From positions 1 through 64,000 of the forward strand of contig JBHLOC010000027.1 in NCBI GenBank assembly GCA_048940925.1: 64,000 nucleotides of DNA. The letters are read 5' to 3'. This document shows, one piece after another, positions 10,663 to 21,363 of this stretch. Under the pieces are notes generated by a model. The model made no database searches. It saw only the letters and a list, made by a program, of their open reading frames with translations, and had not been told where the DNA came from. Position 1 is the stretch's first letter, and every line of letters begins with the position of its first letter. The DNA comes from Promethearchaeota archaeon (lineage in GTDB: Archaea; Asgardarchaeota; Lokiarchaeia; Sigyniarchaeales; SOKP01). A program made the position numbers and the translations under genes.

Positions 10663-11403
10663 ATGGATCCAATAAATGATGCTTATGGCCAAGAAATCTG
10701 GTCATACCTAAAAGGAAGAGAATCCTATGAAATTATTGAGAGAGATGACGGATTCATCGATATTTCAGGAGTTGTCCCCCCCGGTTACTTTAAGGATTAT
10801 GAAGAATGGCCAACGTATCAAAAAATGGCAATCAAATACGTTAAAGGTCGAGTTTTAGATGTTGGAGCTGGTGCTGGAAGAGTTTCATTATATCTCCAGA
10901 AAAAGGGATTTGAAGTCCTAGCAATTGATAACTCTCCACTTGCGATCGAAGTCTGTAAGGAAAGGGGAGTGAAAAATACAAAAATATTAGCGTTTAAAGA
11001 TATAGACCAGTTAAACGAAGATATCTTCGATAGTATTGTGCTTTTTGGCAATAATTTTGGTCTTTTTGGCAATTTTCACGATGGAAAAGCCATTTTAAAA
11101 AAATTAAATTCCCTAACTAACAATAATTCAATAATAATAGCAGAAAGCAATGATCCATACAAAACCGCTGACCCTGTTCACTTAAATTATCAAGAACTTA
11201 AAAGAAAGGAAGGGAAGATGCCAGGACAAATAAAAATCAGAGCTCGTTTCAGAAATTATATCGGAAATTGGTTTGAATATTTGCTTGTATCTAAAGAAGA
11301 GATGACTGAATTTTTTAAAGGGACGGGATGGACCGTTCGAGAATTCATTGAATCAGAGAGTTCTCGTTATATTGGTATTATGGAGAAGGATACAATCTCT
11401 TAG
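10663..11403 (+). CDS. Class I SAM-dependent methyltransferase
   Basis: VLDVGAGAG motif I, AIDNS, FDSIVLFGNNFG. Confidence 0.88.
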   Translation: MDPINDAYGQEIWSYLKGRESYEIIERDDGFIDISGVVPPGYFKDYEEWPTYQKMAIKYVKGRVLDVGAGAGRVSLYLQKKGFEVLAIDNSPLAIEVCKERGVKNTKILAFKDIDQLNEDIFDSIVLFGNNFGLFGNFHDGKAILKKLNSLTNNNSIIIAESNDPYKTADPVHLNYQELKRKEGKMPGQIKIRARFRNYIGNWFEYLLVSKEEMTEFFKGTGWTVREFIESESSRYIGIMEKDTIS

Positions 11404-11644
11404 TAAAATCAAAAAAAAAAGCAGGAAAGAACAACAATTGAGATAAACTTGAGTTCTCTAAATCTATTTTTTTTTTGCGAAATGCAAACTCTAATAGTTC
11501 TTTTTCCAACCAGATTTTTTTCACTACTATACTTGTTTTACTTCAAAAAATTTCCCTTTATAAAAGGTATGTTTTTTATTTATCACTATAATAGAGAAAA
11601 TGGTGTTTCACGAATTTTAATGAGAAATTAAGTGGTTGATTTTA

Positions 11645-12376
11645 TTATTTTCGCATCAGAAAATAGTCTAGTTTACGCTTTGCTCTTTCTTGTTCTTTTA
11701 TTGCTCTTTTCATCTTTCTCTCATGTTTTTTCAACAATTTTTCAATTTTTTCCTCTAATTTTTCCAATTCAGAATCTGCAGGAACTAATTCTTTTGCATA
11801 ACCCGATTGTTTTAATTTCACACGACAATAAGCAACAATATTTTTAACATCCCTTTGACTAATTTTTTTTCGACTCCCACTAACTCTTTCTGATTTAGAA
11901 AGAGAGCTTTTTTTTAAAAGAAATTAAAGATCCTTGTCCTAAAGCACCCAATATTATTGTACCAACACCATGGACAAATTTTTCTCCTTTAGTTCTTGGT
12001 TTCCCGTGTGGATCAACACTCACCATTCTAATTCCTAATGATAACCTTTCTAAGTTTATTAGATTTTCAAAACCTTTGATGTTAATGAATTTATTATTGT
12101 TAAGATTTAATTCTTTTAAGTTTATTAAATTCTTTAATCCTTTAATTTCTGTTATTTTATTATTACTCAAATCTAACATTTCTAATTTAGTTAAATTATT
12201 AAACCTTCAATTTCATTAATCTGATTATTACTGAGATTTAAAACTTGTAGTTCTGTCAGCATTTCAATGTTCTTAATCTCACTGATATTTTTTATTCTTT
12301 TCCCTGAGAGATCAAGATTTAGAAGATCTACCTTAATTTTAGGGGTAAATTCCTTATTTCTATATATAACTGACAT
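11645..12376 (-). pseudogene. Frameshifted leucine-rich repeat protein
   Basis: ORF fragments 12191-12376 and 11895-12179 join into continuous LxLxxNxIxxIxGL repeats with a 1-nt correction; further frameshifts lead to a coiled-coil tail ending at 11645. Confidence 0.7.
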
Positions 12377-12532
12377 GGGTATTATTTTATTTTTTCAGAT
12401 AGCATTGTAGATATTAAAAAAGATATAGGATTTCTTAAAATAAAAAATATCTCAATTTTATCGGTTTTTTAAATAGCATTTGTTTTAATTAAATCGTATA
12501 TTTTTTGTTGTTTTTCAGTATTTGTAGATTCT

Positions 12533-13060
12533 TTAAAAAATCATTTTCTGTTTAATCTCCTGAACCATATCATGTCCTTCTTCATTAATTTCTGTGAGTA
12601 ATTCTCTTAAAATCTCATTTATCGCCAATCCTCGTAATTCACATGAGATGTATAACAAAGAAAGGATTTGTTTAGCTAAAACTCGGATATTCTTAATATT
12701 ATCAATTGGAATTCTAATACCTAGTGCTTTAAGATCTAATTGGGTTTCTTTTTCTTGTTGCCTTATTGCTATTAATATATCATTTTTTCTTCCTTTCCAT
12801 TCTTCAGTAATCGTCCTTAGAGACATGATATATCTCTTTGTAGGACTTCCTATTCCAATAATTTCTTTAGCAAAAGTGAGTGGTTCAGAATTCCTTAAAG
12901 CTTTTAGACCAAAAGTTCTATTGAGCCTATAATTTCTGTCTAATTTAGACTTCATTTTAGAAATTTCATTAGTTAATTGCTCAATTTTAAGTGATAACTT
13001 TTCGAATTTCTCAAGAACTAAGTCTTCAACATTAGATTCATAATTACTCATATTGGACAC
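12533..13060 (-). CDS. Hypothetical protein (N-terminal coiled coil)
   Basis: 175 aa ORF. Confidence 0.6.
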   Translation of the reverse strand: MSNMSNYESNVEDLVLEKFEKLSLKIEQLTNEISKMKSKLDRNYRLNRTFGLKALRNSEPLTFAKEIIGIGSPTKRYIMSLRTITEEWKGRKNDILIAIRQQEKETQLDLKALGIRIPIDNIKNIRVLAKQILSLLYISCELRGLAINEILRELLTEINEEGHDMVQEIKQKMIF

Positions 13061-13200
13061 TTTTCAAAAGTAAGTATGACACCATTTGAATAATTCTCTA
13101 ATAAAACTAATTATTAAAGTATTAATCTATGAGGAATTTTTAATTTATGAATAATAGAAAAAAATTATTGATTATTAAATATAGTGTGGATTTTAACAGT

Positions 13201-14454
13201 TTAGTCAAAATTGTCTTCATTCTCTTGTTTTATGGAAATGTCCTCAGGTTTTTCAACTTCTTGTGTTAAATTTGAGCTCTCATCTTCTTCTCCAATAGTT
13301 TTTTTCTCACTAGATGGTTCCGTGGATAAAAGTTCTCTAACTTCAACCTTAACTTCTTCTTTTATACTTTTTTGATTTATTACATATTTACGTATCTCAT
13401 AAATCCCTAACAAAATAAAAACCAAAACAAAAAAAGCAAAAACTGCGATATTTTTAACTAGATTAATCAAATCATTATTTAATATAGATAGAAAGTCACT
13501 GAAAGGGAATTGGAAAGCAGAAAAGAGATCATAAGGGAAGTTTGCAATAAATTCATATGCAACTTTTGAAAAGACTAACCAAATAATTACTGTATCAAGA
13601 CCGATGCGTTTAGACTTTTGGTTTAGGATTTCTGCTTTTGATCCCATTAAAGTACTGACAGAATAAAGAATAATAAATACATCTGCTAAGATCATGCCAA
13701 TAGCTCCAATATTTCCCCAAAATGTGGACGTCCGTTCTTCTCCCGTTTGGAGACTATAATAACTTATAAAAATTTTTAATACTAAAAATAAGGTGTAAAT
13801 GGATGTCAAAATAAAAAATATTCCAAGCCAGGCATTGAAAATTTTCTTGAATAGATAGAATATGCAGATTGCGGAAAATCCAATAATTATGCCTCCAACA
13901 ATGATATAGGCGATATTAAAGTATTGGGGAATTTCTATTGTGGTTATTGAAGTATAATCAATTAAAGATGGCCCTATAATAAAAAGATATAATAAGTATA
14001 AAGATAATGTTAATCCTCCAAAGAAAAATATAGTTCTTAAAATAGGTCTATAGGAGGGAAATCTATGTAACTTCATATCTACTTTTTTACCTGATAAATA
14101 ACAAGCGTACAACATAAACCAAGATGTAAAAAAGAAATAAGAAATTACCGAAAAAGCAAATAAGACTACTAACACAATTGAGATTAAAAGCATTATAGGT
14201 AAAGATATTAGTAAAAATAACAGTATTTTCCAAGTCTCATATTCAGTTATATCCTTTTTAGAAATTAAGGATAATAAAAATAAGAACATCAAGAATGTCA
14301 AAAACGGTAAAAAAATTATTATACCTATTATTGGAAATAAATTAGAACCAGGTAATTGAATAATAACAATCCCAATTAAGAGCCATATTACTAAAACTAA
14401 ATATCGCCAATTCTCTTTTTTGCCTAATTTTTTTAAATTTTCTATAATTTCCAT
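13201..14454 (-). CDS. Multi-pass membrane protein
   Basis: 417 aa, about 10 hydrophobic segments, acidic tail. Confidence 0.7.
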   Translation of the reverse strand: MEIIENLKKLGKKENWRYLVLVIWLLIGIVIIQLPGSNLFPIIGIIIFLPFLTFLMFLFLLSLISKKDITEYETWKILLFLLISLPIMLLISIVLVVLFAFSVISYFFFTSWFMLYACYLSGKKVDMKLHRFPSYRPILRTIFFFGGLTLSLYLLYLFIIGPSLIDYTSITTIEIPQYFNIAYIIVGGIIIGFSAICIFYLFKKIFNAWLGIFFILTSIYTLFLVLKIFISYYSLQTGEERTSTFWGNIGAIGMILADVFIILYSVSTLMGSKAEILNQKSKRIGLDTVIIWLVFSKVAYEFIANFPYDLFSAFQFPFSDFLSILNNDLINLVKNIAVFAFFVLVFILLGIYEIRKYVINQKSIKEEVKVEVRELLSTEPSSEKKTIGEEDESSNLTQEVEKPEDISIKQENEDNFD

Positions 14455-14530
14455 AAAAAAATAGTCAAATAGGAAATATTTAAAGATTTCTTATATAAAG
14501 TTGAGTTTGTTAGAATAGATTTATTTAATA

Positions 14531-15337
14531 TTATTCTTCGAAAAAATCAACTAGAGTTTTTTGAGTCTTAAAATTTCGATAAGATAAAGCCCACTTCTTT
14601 TTTAACTCGTTTACACTTTCAGGAGCCATACCTTGAAAATGATTATTCACAATTATAAAAATTTCATAAATTTTCGAAGATTTAATTAAAGTTTGAATAT
14701 TTTGATCCAAATTTTCTAAAGCACTCTTTTGATCTCTTTGGATTCGGTTAAAAACTGTAAGTTCTCGATCTCCTATTAATCTTATATAATAATACTTCTG
14801 ATCTGGCATATAATAAGGTATTAGATTAGGCATATAAGTTGTACCAAGTATTATTTGTTCACTATTGATAAATTTAGAGAGAATTTCAGGTTTAAACCAA
14901 GAGTTATCTCGTAATTCAATAATAATTTTATTTTTTAAGGGAAAAAATTTGATTAATGAACTTAATTTAAGTAAATGTTCTTTGCTAAATTTAAACCAAG
15001 GTGGAAATTGGATTAAAAATCCTAAGATTTTCTCATTTAATGGTTTGAATCTATGGAGAAATTCTGTAAGATATGAATCTAAATCTGGGTCATTTAGATT
15101 ATGTGAGATTTTCTGCCATACTTTCACAATAAAGCAGAAACTTTCTGGTACACGTTCATTCCAGGTTTTTACTATCTCTTGAGATGGGAGGTTGTAAAAT
15201 GAAGAGTTAATCTCAACAATTTCGAAATACTTTGAATAAAATTCTAAAAACTGAGATCTTTTTAATCTTTTTGGATAAAAAGATCCTATCCAATCTTTAT
15301 AATCCCATCCAGCAGTCCCAATTTTTATCTGAACCAT
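14531..15337 (-). CDS. DUF72 (YecE) family protein
   Basis: IGTAGWDYKDW, VEINSSFY, QFPP, IELRD.SW, YIRLIG, VNNH. Confidence 0.9.
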   Translation of the reverse strand: MVQIKIGTAGWDYKDWIGSFYPKRLKRSQFLEFYSKYFEIVEINSSFYNLPSQEIVKTWNERVPESFCFIVKVWQKISHNLNDPDLDSYLTEFLHRFKPLNEKILGFLIQFPPWFKFSKEHLLKLSSLIKFFPLKNKIIIELRDNSWFKPEILSKFINSEQIILGTTYMPNLIPYYMPDQKYYYIRLIGDRELTVFNRIQRDQKSALENLDQNIQTLIKSSKIYEIFIIVNNHFQGMAPESVNELKKKWALSYRNFKTQKTLVDFFEE

Positions 15338-15513
15338 GAAAAAAGTAGTAGATTTTTCTTTTTATAGATATAGAATAATCTCTTTTCTAAAATAATTAGT
15401 TTTTATAAAATATTAATTATATTTGTTGTAAATAAATAAGAATAGGGAAATTAAAATGAATGAAGTTAATAATTAAGAAAAATAATATTAATAAAGATAT
15501 GGTGTGAGACATC

Positions 15514-16242
15514 GTGAGCATAGATTGGGCAAAAGCAGAAGAAAGACCTGAAAAGAAACTTTCTATAGAAGGGAGATTATTGTTAAAGCTTAGATCAAAA
15601 ATTAATAATCTAGAACAAGAATTAAACCGAAAAAGAGAAGATTTAGAAAACTATAAGTACGATTTAGGAATAATCAAAGATAAATTAGCAGGCAGAGAAA
15701 GGAGTTTAATGGAAATCACTCAAAAAAAATCCACAGCAAGAAAATCATTGGATAAAGTTAAAGAAGAAAAACTTTATACAGATATTGAGCTAGCTAAATT
15801 AAGAAAGAATAATTTTAATTTAGAAACTAAATATATGGAATCCATAGCAAAAATAGATACTCTTGAAAATCAATTGAATAATGCTGTTGAGAAATCTATG
15901 AAATTGGAGCAAGGAATCCTAAATAAGGATAAAACACTACAACAGAAGGAAGAAGAACTATTAAATAAGACAAAAGAACTTTTAAAAAAAGATGAAGAGA
16001 TTCAAAATCTTAAAAATGATCTGAAATTCTGGGTAAATGAAGTAGATGTTCAAAAGAGCAAAGTACAAGAACAGATAACGATAACAATTAATCAAATTGA
16101 TAAATATAAAGATCTTAAAGATGAAATGTCAAGATATATTACTGCTCAAAAAATGTTAGATAAAATTGAAAAACTAATAGTAATTAAAGGTTTTTTATCT
16201 GACAAAGAATTTGAACAACTCCTAAAAGAAAGGGAAGAATGA
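15514..16242 (+). CDS. Coiled-coil protein (paralog 1)
   Basis: Heptad-rich; terminal motifs SIDWAKAEE and KGFLSDKEFE shared with the next gene. Confidence 0.75.
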   Translation: MSIDWAKAEERPEKKLSIEGRLLLKLRSKINNLEQELNRKREDLENYKYDLGIIKDKLAGRERSLMEITQKKSTARKSLDKVKEEKLYTDIELAKLRKNNFNLETKYMESIAKIDTLENQLNNAVEKSMKLEQGILNKDKTLQQKEEELLNKTKELLKKDEEIQNLKNDLKFWVNEVDVQKSKVQEQITITINQIDKYKDLKDEMSRYITAQKMLDKIEKLIVIKGFLSDKEFEQLLKEREE

Positions 16243-16383
16243 AAAATTAAATCTAAAGATAATTATTATTATTCTTTAGTTTGTAATCATTTTCATGCAA
16301 AATTTATAAATAATAGATTTTAAGAAAATAAATATAAGGATAAAATAATAAAAAAATTCATTAATAAATAAGGTGAAATAATA

Positions 16384-17085
16384 ATTTCTATAGATTGGGC
16401 AAAGGCAGAAGAAAAACCTGAAAAAAAATTACCTGTTATAGGTAAAAATTTATTAGAATTGAGATCTAAGATAAATAACTTAGAGAAACAATTAACTCAA
16501 AAAACTAAAGATTTAGAAAAAACATCAAGTGAATTAAAAACTACCAAGGAAAAATTACGCGAGGCGGAGAAAAAAGGATCAGAATTATCTGAATATAAGA
16601 ATTCTATGGAAAAAAGTTTTGAAAGGATTAAAGAAGAAAAATTATATGCTGATGCAGAAATTAATAAATTGCGAACATTAAAAACAGAGTTAGACACTAA
16701 ATTGTCTGAAGCTAATTCAAAAATTACTGAATTTGAAGATTTGGAGAGAGAGAGGAATAGTTTTAAAGCAAATTTAGAAAAAGAAAAAAATACTATTAAA
16801 GAGGAGTTAAATCAACGAGAAAATGAACTTGAAAGTTTAAAAAAAGAATTACAAACTACTATTTCAGATAACTACGTGGAAATCGAAACACTTAAAGACG
16901 AAAAAGAGGCATTTATAAAAGAAATAAATGATCTAAAGGTAAAAATCGAATCACATGAAAAAACTATTTCAGAAGCAAAGGGGGCAGCACAACTTATGAA
17001 TGAAATTAGAGATATTATGGTTCATAAAGGATTTCTTTCAGATAAAGAGTTTGAAGATTTATTAGAGAGATTAAAAATTGAATGA
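16384..17085 (+). CDS. Coiled-coil protein (paralog 2), apparent ATT start
   Basis: In-frame extension upstream of 16459 reads ISIDWAKAEEKPEKKL, matching the paralog N-terminus; GGTGA at 16372-16376. Confidence 0.75.
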   Translation: MSIDWAKAEEKPEKKLPVIGKNLLELRSKINNLEKQLTQKTKDLEKTSSELKTTKEKLREAEKKGSELSEYKNSMEKSFERIKEEKLYADAEINKLRTLKTELDTKLSEANSKITEFEDLERERNSFKANLEKEKNTIKEELNQRENELESLKKELQTTISDNYVEIETLKDEKEAFIKEINDLKVKIESHEKTISEAKGAAQLMNEIRDIMVHKGFLSDKEFEDLLERLKIE

Positions 17086-17109
17086 AATTTGCTTTTTTAA
17101 TTTTTACTG

Positions 17110-18204
17110 ATGGCAAAGCTAGTTTGGAATAACAAAAAAGACATAACCTTCAATTTAAGAAATCTAAAAAATAAATATTTCCAATTTTTTGATAATCTGG
17201 GGATCCTTACAGATAATATTTATATAGAAAACAAATTTAAAGGAGCTTCCGATGATTGGAAAAATAAATTATTTTGGGCAGACAATATAGAAGTTTTGTA
17301 TTATTTGCTGAATTTTTTCGAAAATAAAATAGATTTGATTTATATTGATCCTCCTTTTTTTTCTGGAATTAATTATAAAATTGCCATTGAAGAAAAGGGC
17401 ACAACTTATAATTCTATAGCATATTACGATCATTGGGATAATAATTTAGATTCTTATTTACAGATGTTATATGAAAGAATTGTTCTTTTTAAGAAATTAT
17501 TATCAAAATCAGGGTTATTATTCATTCATTTAGATTGGCATGCAAGTCATTATATAAGATTAATTTTAGATGAAATTTTTGGAGAAAATAGATTTGTTAA
17601 TAACATAATTTGGTATTACTATAATAAATATTCAGCTGGAAGAAAAAATCTTCCTCGCGCGCATGATAATATTCTAGTTTATTCAAAGTCTAATAATTAC
17701 ACATTTAACGAAATAAGAATACCTCGGAAAAAGCCTCGAAAACAATTGATGAGAGCTATGGTAAATGGTGTGTTAAAAAATGTGAAAGATGAGAATGGTC
17801 ATGTTAAATATCGAATTGTAACTGATAAAAAAATGGATGATGTATGGAAAATTCCTTGTTTACAACCAGCCTCAAAGGAATTTACTGGTTTTCCCACCCA
17901 GAAACACCATAAATTACTTGAAAGAATTATTAAATTAGGATCTAATGAAAATGATTTAATTGCTGATTTTTTTTGCGGTTCAGGAACAACTTTATTGGCA
18001 GCTGAAAAATTAAATCGCAAATGGATTGGATGTGATATATCTGAATATTCAATATATCTAACTAGAAGTAGAATTTTCAAATATCAAGAAGAAAGTCAGA
18101 AGTTTCATCCGTTTGAAATTCTTACAAATTTTAACAAAACTAGAAGTAAAATTATCAAATCGGGATTTTTTCAAAAGGATCTTTCAATAAAAAGAAAGAA
18201 ATAA
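17110..18204 (+). CDS. N4/N6 DNA methyltransferase (beta class, Mod-like)
   Basis: LIYIDPPF (motif IV) precedes PTQK and DFFCGSGTT (motif I). Confidence 0.88.
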   Translation: MAKLVWNNKKDITFNLRNLKNKYFQFFDNLGILTDNIYIENKFKGASDDWKNKLFWADNIEVLYYLLNFFENKIDLIYIDPPFFSGINYKIAIEEKGTTYNSIAYYDHWDNNLDSYLQMLYERIVLFKKLLSKSGLLFIHLDWHASHYIRLILDEIFGENRFVNNIIWYYYNKYSAGRKNLPRAHDNILVYSKSNNYTFNEIRIPRKKPRKQLMRAMVNGVLKNVKDENGHVKYRIVTDKKMDDVWKIPCLQPASKEFTGFPTQKHHKLLERIIKLGSNENDLIADFFCGSGTTLLAAEKLNRKWIGCDISEYSIYLTRSRIFKYQEESQKFHPFEILTNFNKTRSKIIKSGFFQKDLSIKRKK

Positions 18205-18301
18205 ATTTTTAGATTTAAATTAATTCTTACTTTACAAAAGAGTGAAGATTTTTTTCTTTCTTTATCCTTTCTATTAAAATGAAGCTTAACGTGATAAAAT
18301 A

Positions 18302-19849
18302 TTGACGATTTTGAAAATGAAAATTGGTGAAAAAATTAGAGATTGGAAAAAATCGTCAATTGAACGTCATGACCTTTATAACTTTGAATCAAAAATAGAT
18401 TATACTTTAGAAATAACTAAAAAGAAAAATACATCATATATTCTTACTACGTATTTCTTTATTCCCAGTTCCCTACAGATAAACAAAGATTCATACAGTA
18501 AAGAGCAATTTTTTTCCGATATCAACAATAAAATCAGGTTTAAAACTCCTAAAATGTCTATAGAGGAGATATTAAATGAACGAAATGAGTTCTCTCCAAT
18601 GAACACAATCCTGAAGGCATTAAAAGACATTGAATATGAGAATTCGTATGCAAATTTCATAATAACAATACAAAGAGAATTATGCTTGCTTGCAGATATA
18701 ATAAAAGTTTCTTTAAGAGATCAGTACAATTACATTCAGAACAATTATGCTGAATTAGAAAAACAATATCACTTCCCAGATATGATAAATTCTTATCTCG
18801 AATCAATAAAAAAACTACAAATGGGATTGGAATTGATAGGAAATAAAATTTTAATGTCCAAAGTTTCAATAAAGTTACGTGAGGCGTTTAAGTATGCAGA
18901 AGAGTATATTAGTTTGCAGATTGAAATGTGGCTTACAAGATTTCTAAAAAATTTTGAAGACAAACTTAATCAGGAGATTAAAAATAGTATCATTGAGTTA
19001 ATCGAAAAAGAGCTGGAACATCGTGAACATTTAAAGAGTTCATTAATTATTCGTGAAAATGTAAATAACGAAACTTTTTCTTACCAAGAGGGGATTACGA
19101 AAAAATATGTGCAAAGTGTTTTATATTTAGAAAAAAAGAAAAAGGATCCAAGATCCCAATCATTAGAAATATTTTATTCGATAGCTGCTGGAGCTGCAAT
19201 GTTTTTTTCATTATTTTTTGGTTTTTTAATCCTTTCGTTCTTTCCTCGGTATTCTATTCCTTTTATTATTGCTACTGTTGTAATTTATATGCTAAAAGAC
19301 AGGATTAAAGAAAATATTCGTGGAATTTCACAGAAAGCGGTAGGATCTCTATTCCCAGATCAGCGTATTGACATTATAGATGGATTTAATAAAGAAAAGA
19401 TTGGAAAAAGTAAAGAAATTGTTAATTTTAAAAGTAAAGATACAATTCCTCCAGAAATTTTAAAAATTCGAAGATCAAGCAACATTAGTTCGTTAGAAGA
19501 GCGAGGTAAACCAGAGGAGGTTATCGAATATGAGAAAAAAATAACTTTATTCAAAAAAAAGACTAACCAATTCCTTACAAGAAGAAAAGATATATCAGAT
19601 GTCATTCGTTTTAATGTCAGAGATTTTATAAGATACGCTGACGACCCAATTCAATATTTTTCTAAATGGAATGCAGATAAAAAAATAATTGAAGATATTC
19701 CTGTTTCCAAAGTATATCATTTAAATCTTGTTTTAAAGTTAACAACATATAAAGGAAGAAAAGCAAGAAAAATTCGTTTCAAAAAGTTTAGAGTTATATT
19801 AGATCAAAAGGGGATTAAAAGAGTTTCAGAACCTGAATTTACTCTATAG
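18302..19849 (+). CDS. Conserved hypothetical protein with central transmembrane hairpin
   Basis: 515 aa; hydrophobic SIAAGAAMFF...YMLKDRIKE segment; true start may be the ATG a few codons downstream. Confidence 0.65.
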   Translation: MTILKMKIGEKIRDWKKSSIERHDLYNFESKIDYTLEITKKKNTSYILTTYFFIPSSLQINKDSYSKEQFFSDINNKIRFKTPKMSIEEILNERNEFSPMNTILKALKDIEYENSYANFIITIQRELCLLADIIKVSLRDQYNYIQNNYAELEKQYHFPDMINSYLESIKKLQMGLELIGNKILMSKVSIKLREAFKYAEEYISLQIEMWLTRFLKNFEDKLNQEIKNSIIELIEKELEHREHLKSSLIIRENVNNETFSYQEGITKKYVQSVLYLEKKKKDPRSQSLEIFYSIAAGAAMFFSLFFGFLILSFFPRYSIPFIIATVVIYMLKDRIKENIRGISQKAVGSLFPDQRIDIIDGFNKEKIGKSKEIVNFKSKDTIPPEILKIRRSSNISSLEERGKPEEVIEYEKKITLFKKKTNQFLTRRKDISDVIRFNVRDFIRYADDPIQYFSKWNADKKIIEDIPVSKVYHLNLVLKLTTYKGRKARKIRFKKFRVILDQKGIKRVSEPEFTL

Positions 19850-21271
19850 GAGAGTATGAACATTCCATCCTAAATAATTTGAAAGCGCTTCAATTATTAT
19901 CTCTCCGACTTCATTTAGTGATGCTGCAATATGATGAGCAAAACCTTCTTTACATATTATCTTTAAAACCTCTTGTAGATTAGGGATTTCTATCACACCA
20001 TATCCTCCAAAGGTCTCTAAATAATCATCAGTATAATTACCCTCAACTACGAAAGCCTTAATTTCTCCAAATAAATCATCAGTTTCCACTCGTAAAAGTG
20101 TACACGGTTGAGCTTTAATACGACCTTGAATTGCACCAAAACTTGCATCTCCTCCTTTAGAATCAGAAATAATTGGGTGAATAGTGATTCTTGTATCTTG
20201 AAAAAAAGATTTTGGTAAATTACTACAATGAAAGAGGACCATTTTATTAGGTTCTTCCCCATAATTATTATTCCAATCTAAAATTGCTGAAGGTGTTTCA
20301 GAAGCAATTTGTAGTATTAACATACTTAATAATCCAGAAATATCGGCTTCACATGCCGCTGGAATAAGCCCTTCGCTAAATATACTCATAATAGCACATG
20401 GTACAATCCCTATGTTATCTTGTATTGAAGGCCAACATTGAAGAGCAAATCCATCTAAATCATTTACTTTTACCCAATTTTCAATAACAACAGCTAATTT
20501 TGCCAACTTAAGAATGCTATTTTCTGGAAAGGAAGAGGTAGATGTATAATTCTTTATAAACTCAATCTTATCCTTTACTTTTGGATCATAATCATCTAAC
20601 TGATTAATATATGCAAATATCTCTGATAAGTCTATAGATTCTATGCTTATTCCGTTGAATTCTAAAATTTTTTCACTATATCTTACCGTGTCAAAAGCAT
20701 TTGGTCTAGTACCAATTTGACCTAACCTTGTATTTCGGAGTTTTTTCACAATTTTGCATACTTTCTCAAATCTCGTTAACTCTTCTTTAAAAATATCAGA
20801 CTTTATAGGGCATGTGTGATATTTTGTTAAGGTAAATGGAATTCCATATTGATAAAGGACATTAGTTACAGATATTTTTCCACAAAATGCATCTCTTCGA
20901 TGGCTTCTGTCCATTTTATCAATTTCATCAGAAGAAGCATGAATTAACACAGGAACATTAATGCTTGATAATTTTAGTGTATTAGCGATTGCTTTTTCGT
21001 CACCAAAATTTGGTAAAATTACTAATATTCCGAAAATTTTATCCTTATTTGCTTTGAATAAGTTAGCACATTTCTTTGCATCCTGAAAACTTTCTACAAC
21101 TCCATATTTGGTATCTTCTTCACTTATAATAACATAATCATAATTTAGCTCGTTTAAAACTTCGATTATAGCACTTCTTCCTTTTTTCGCGAGGTGATCG
21201 GGAAAAACATCTCTATTTCCGACAATTACACCAAATGTAACACTTTCAAAATATTTAGTAAGAAAAGCCAT
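19844..21271 (-). CDS. L-fucose/L-arabinose isomerase family protein
   Basis: NFGDE, RRDAFCGKIS, QCWP, ACEAD, FHCS, GFAHH. Confidence 0.85.
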   Translation of the reverse strand: MAFLTKYFESVTFGVIVGNRDVFPDHLAKKGRSAIIEVLNELNYDYVIISEEDTKYGVVESFQDAKKCANLFKANKDKIFGILVILPNFGDEKAIANTLKLSSINVPVLIHASSDEIDKMDRSHRRDAFCGKISVTNVLYQYGIPFTLTKYHTCPIKSDIFKEELTRFEKVCKIVKKLRNTRLGQIGTRPNAFDTVRYSEKILEFNGISIESIDLSEIFAYINQLDDYDPKVKDKIEFIKNYTSTSSFPENSILKLAKLAVVIENWVKVNDLDGFALQCWPSIQDNIGIVPCAIMSIFSEGLIPAACEADISGLLSMLILQIASETPSAILDWNNNYGEEPNKMVLFHCSNLPKSFFQDTRITIHPIISDSKGGDASFGAIQGRIKAQPCTLLRVETDDLFGEIKAFVVEGNYTDDYLETFGGYGVIEIPNLQEVLKIICKEGFAHHIAASLNEVGEIIIEALSNYLGWNVHTLL

Positions 21272-21363
21272 TCTTTCTCTCCTAATTTATATTTTTAAAA
21301 AATTTAATTTTAATAAGTAAATTTAAGAATTTAAAACTAAAATATAAATATATTAATTACTCA

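Noticed and set aside
11449-11847. Plus-strand ORFs 11449-11631 and 11632-11847
   Set aside because: Phe/Leu-rich and low complexity; the second is the antisense shadow of the LRR pseudogene tail
15514-17085. Coiled-coil pair as the missing chemoreceptors or SMC proteins
   Set aside because: No MCP hairpin signature and no Walker motifs
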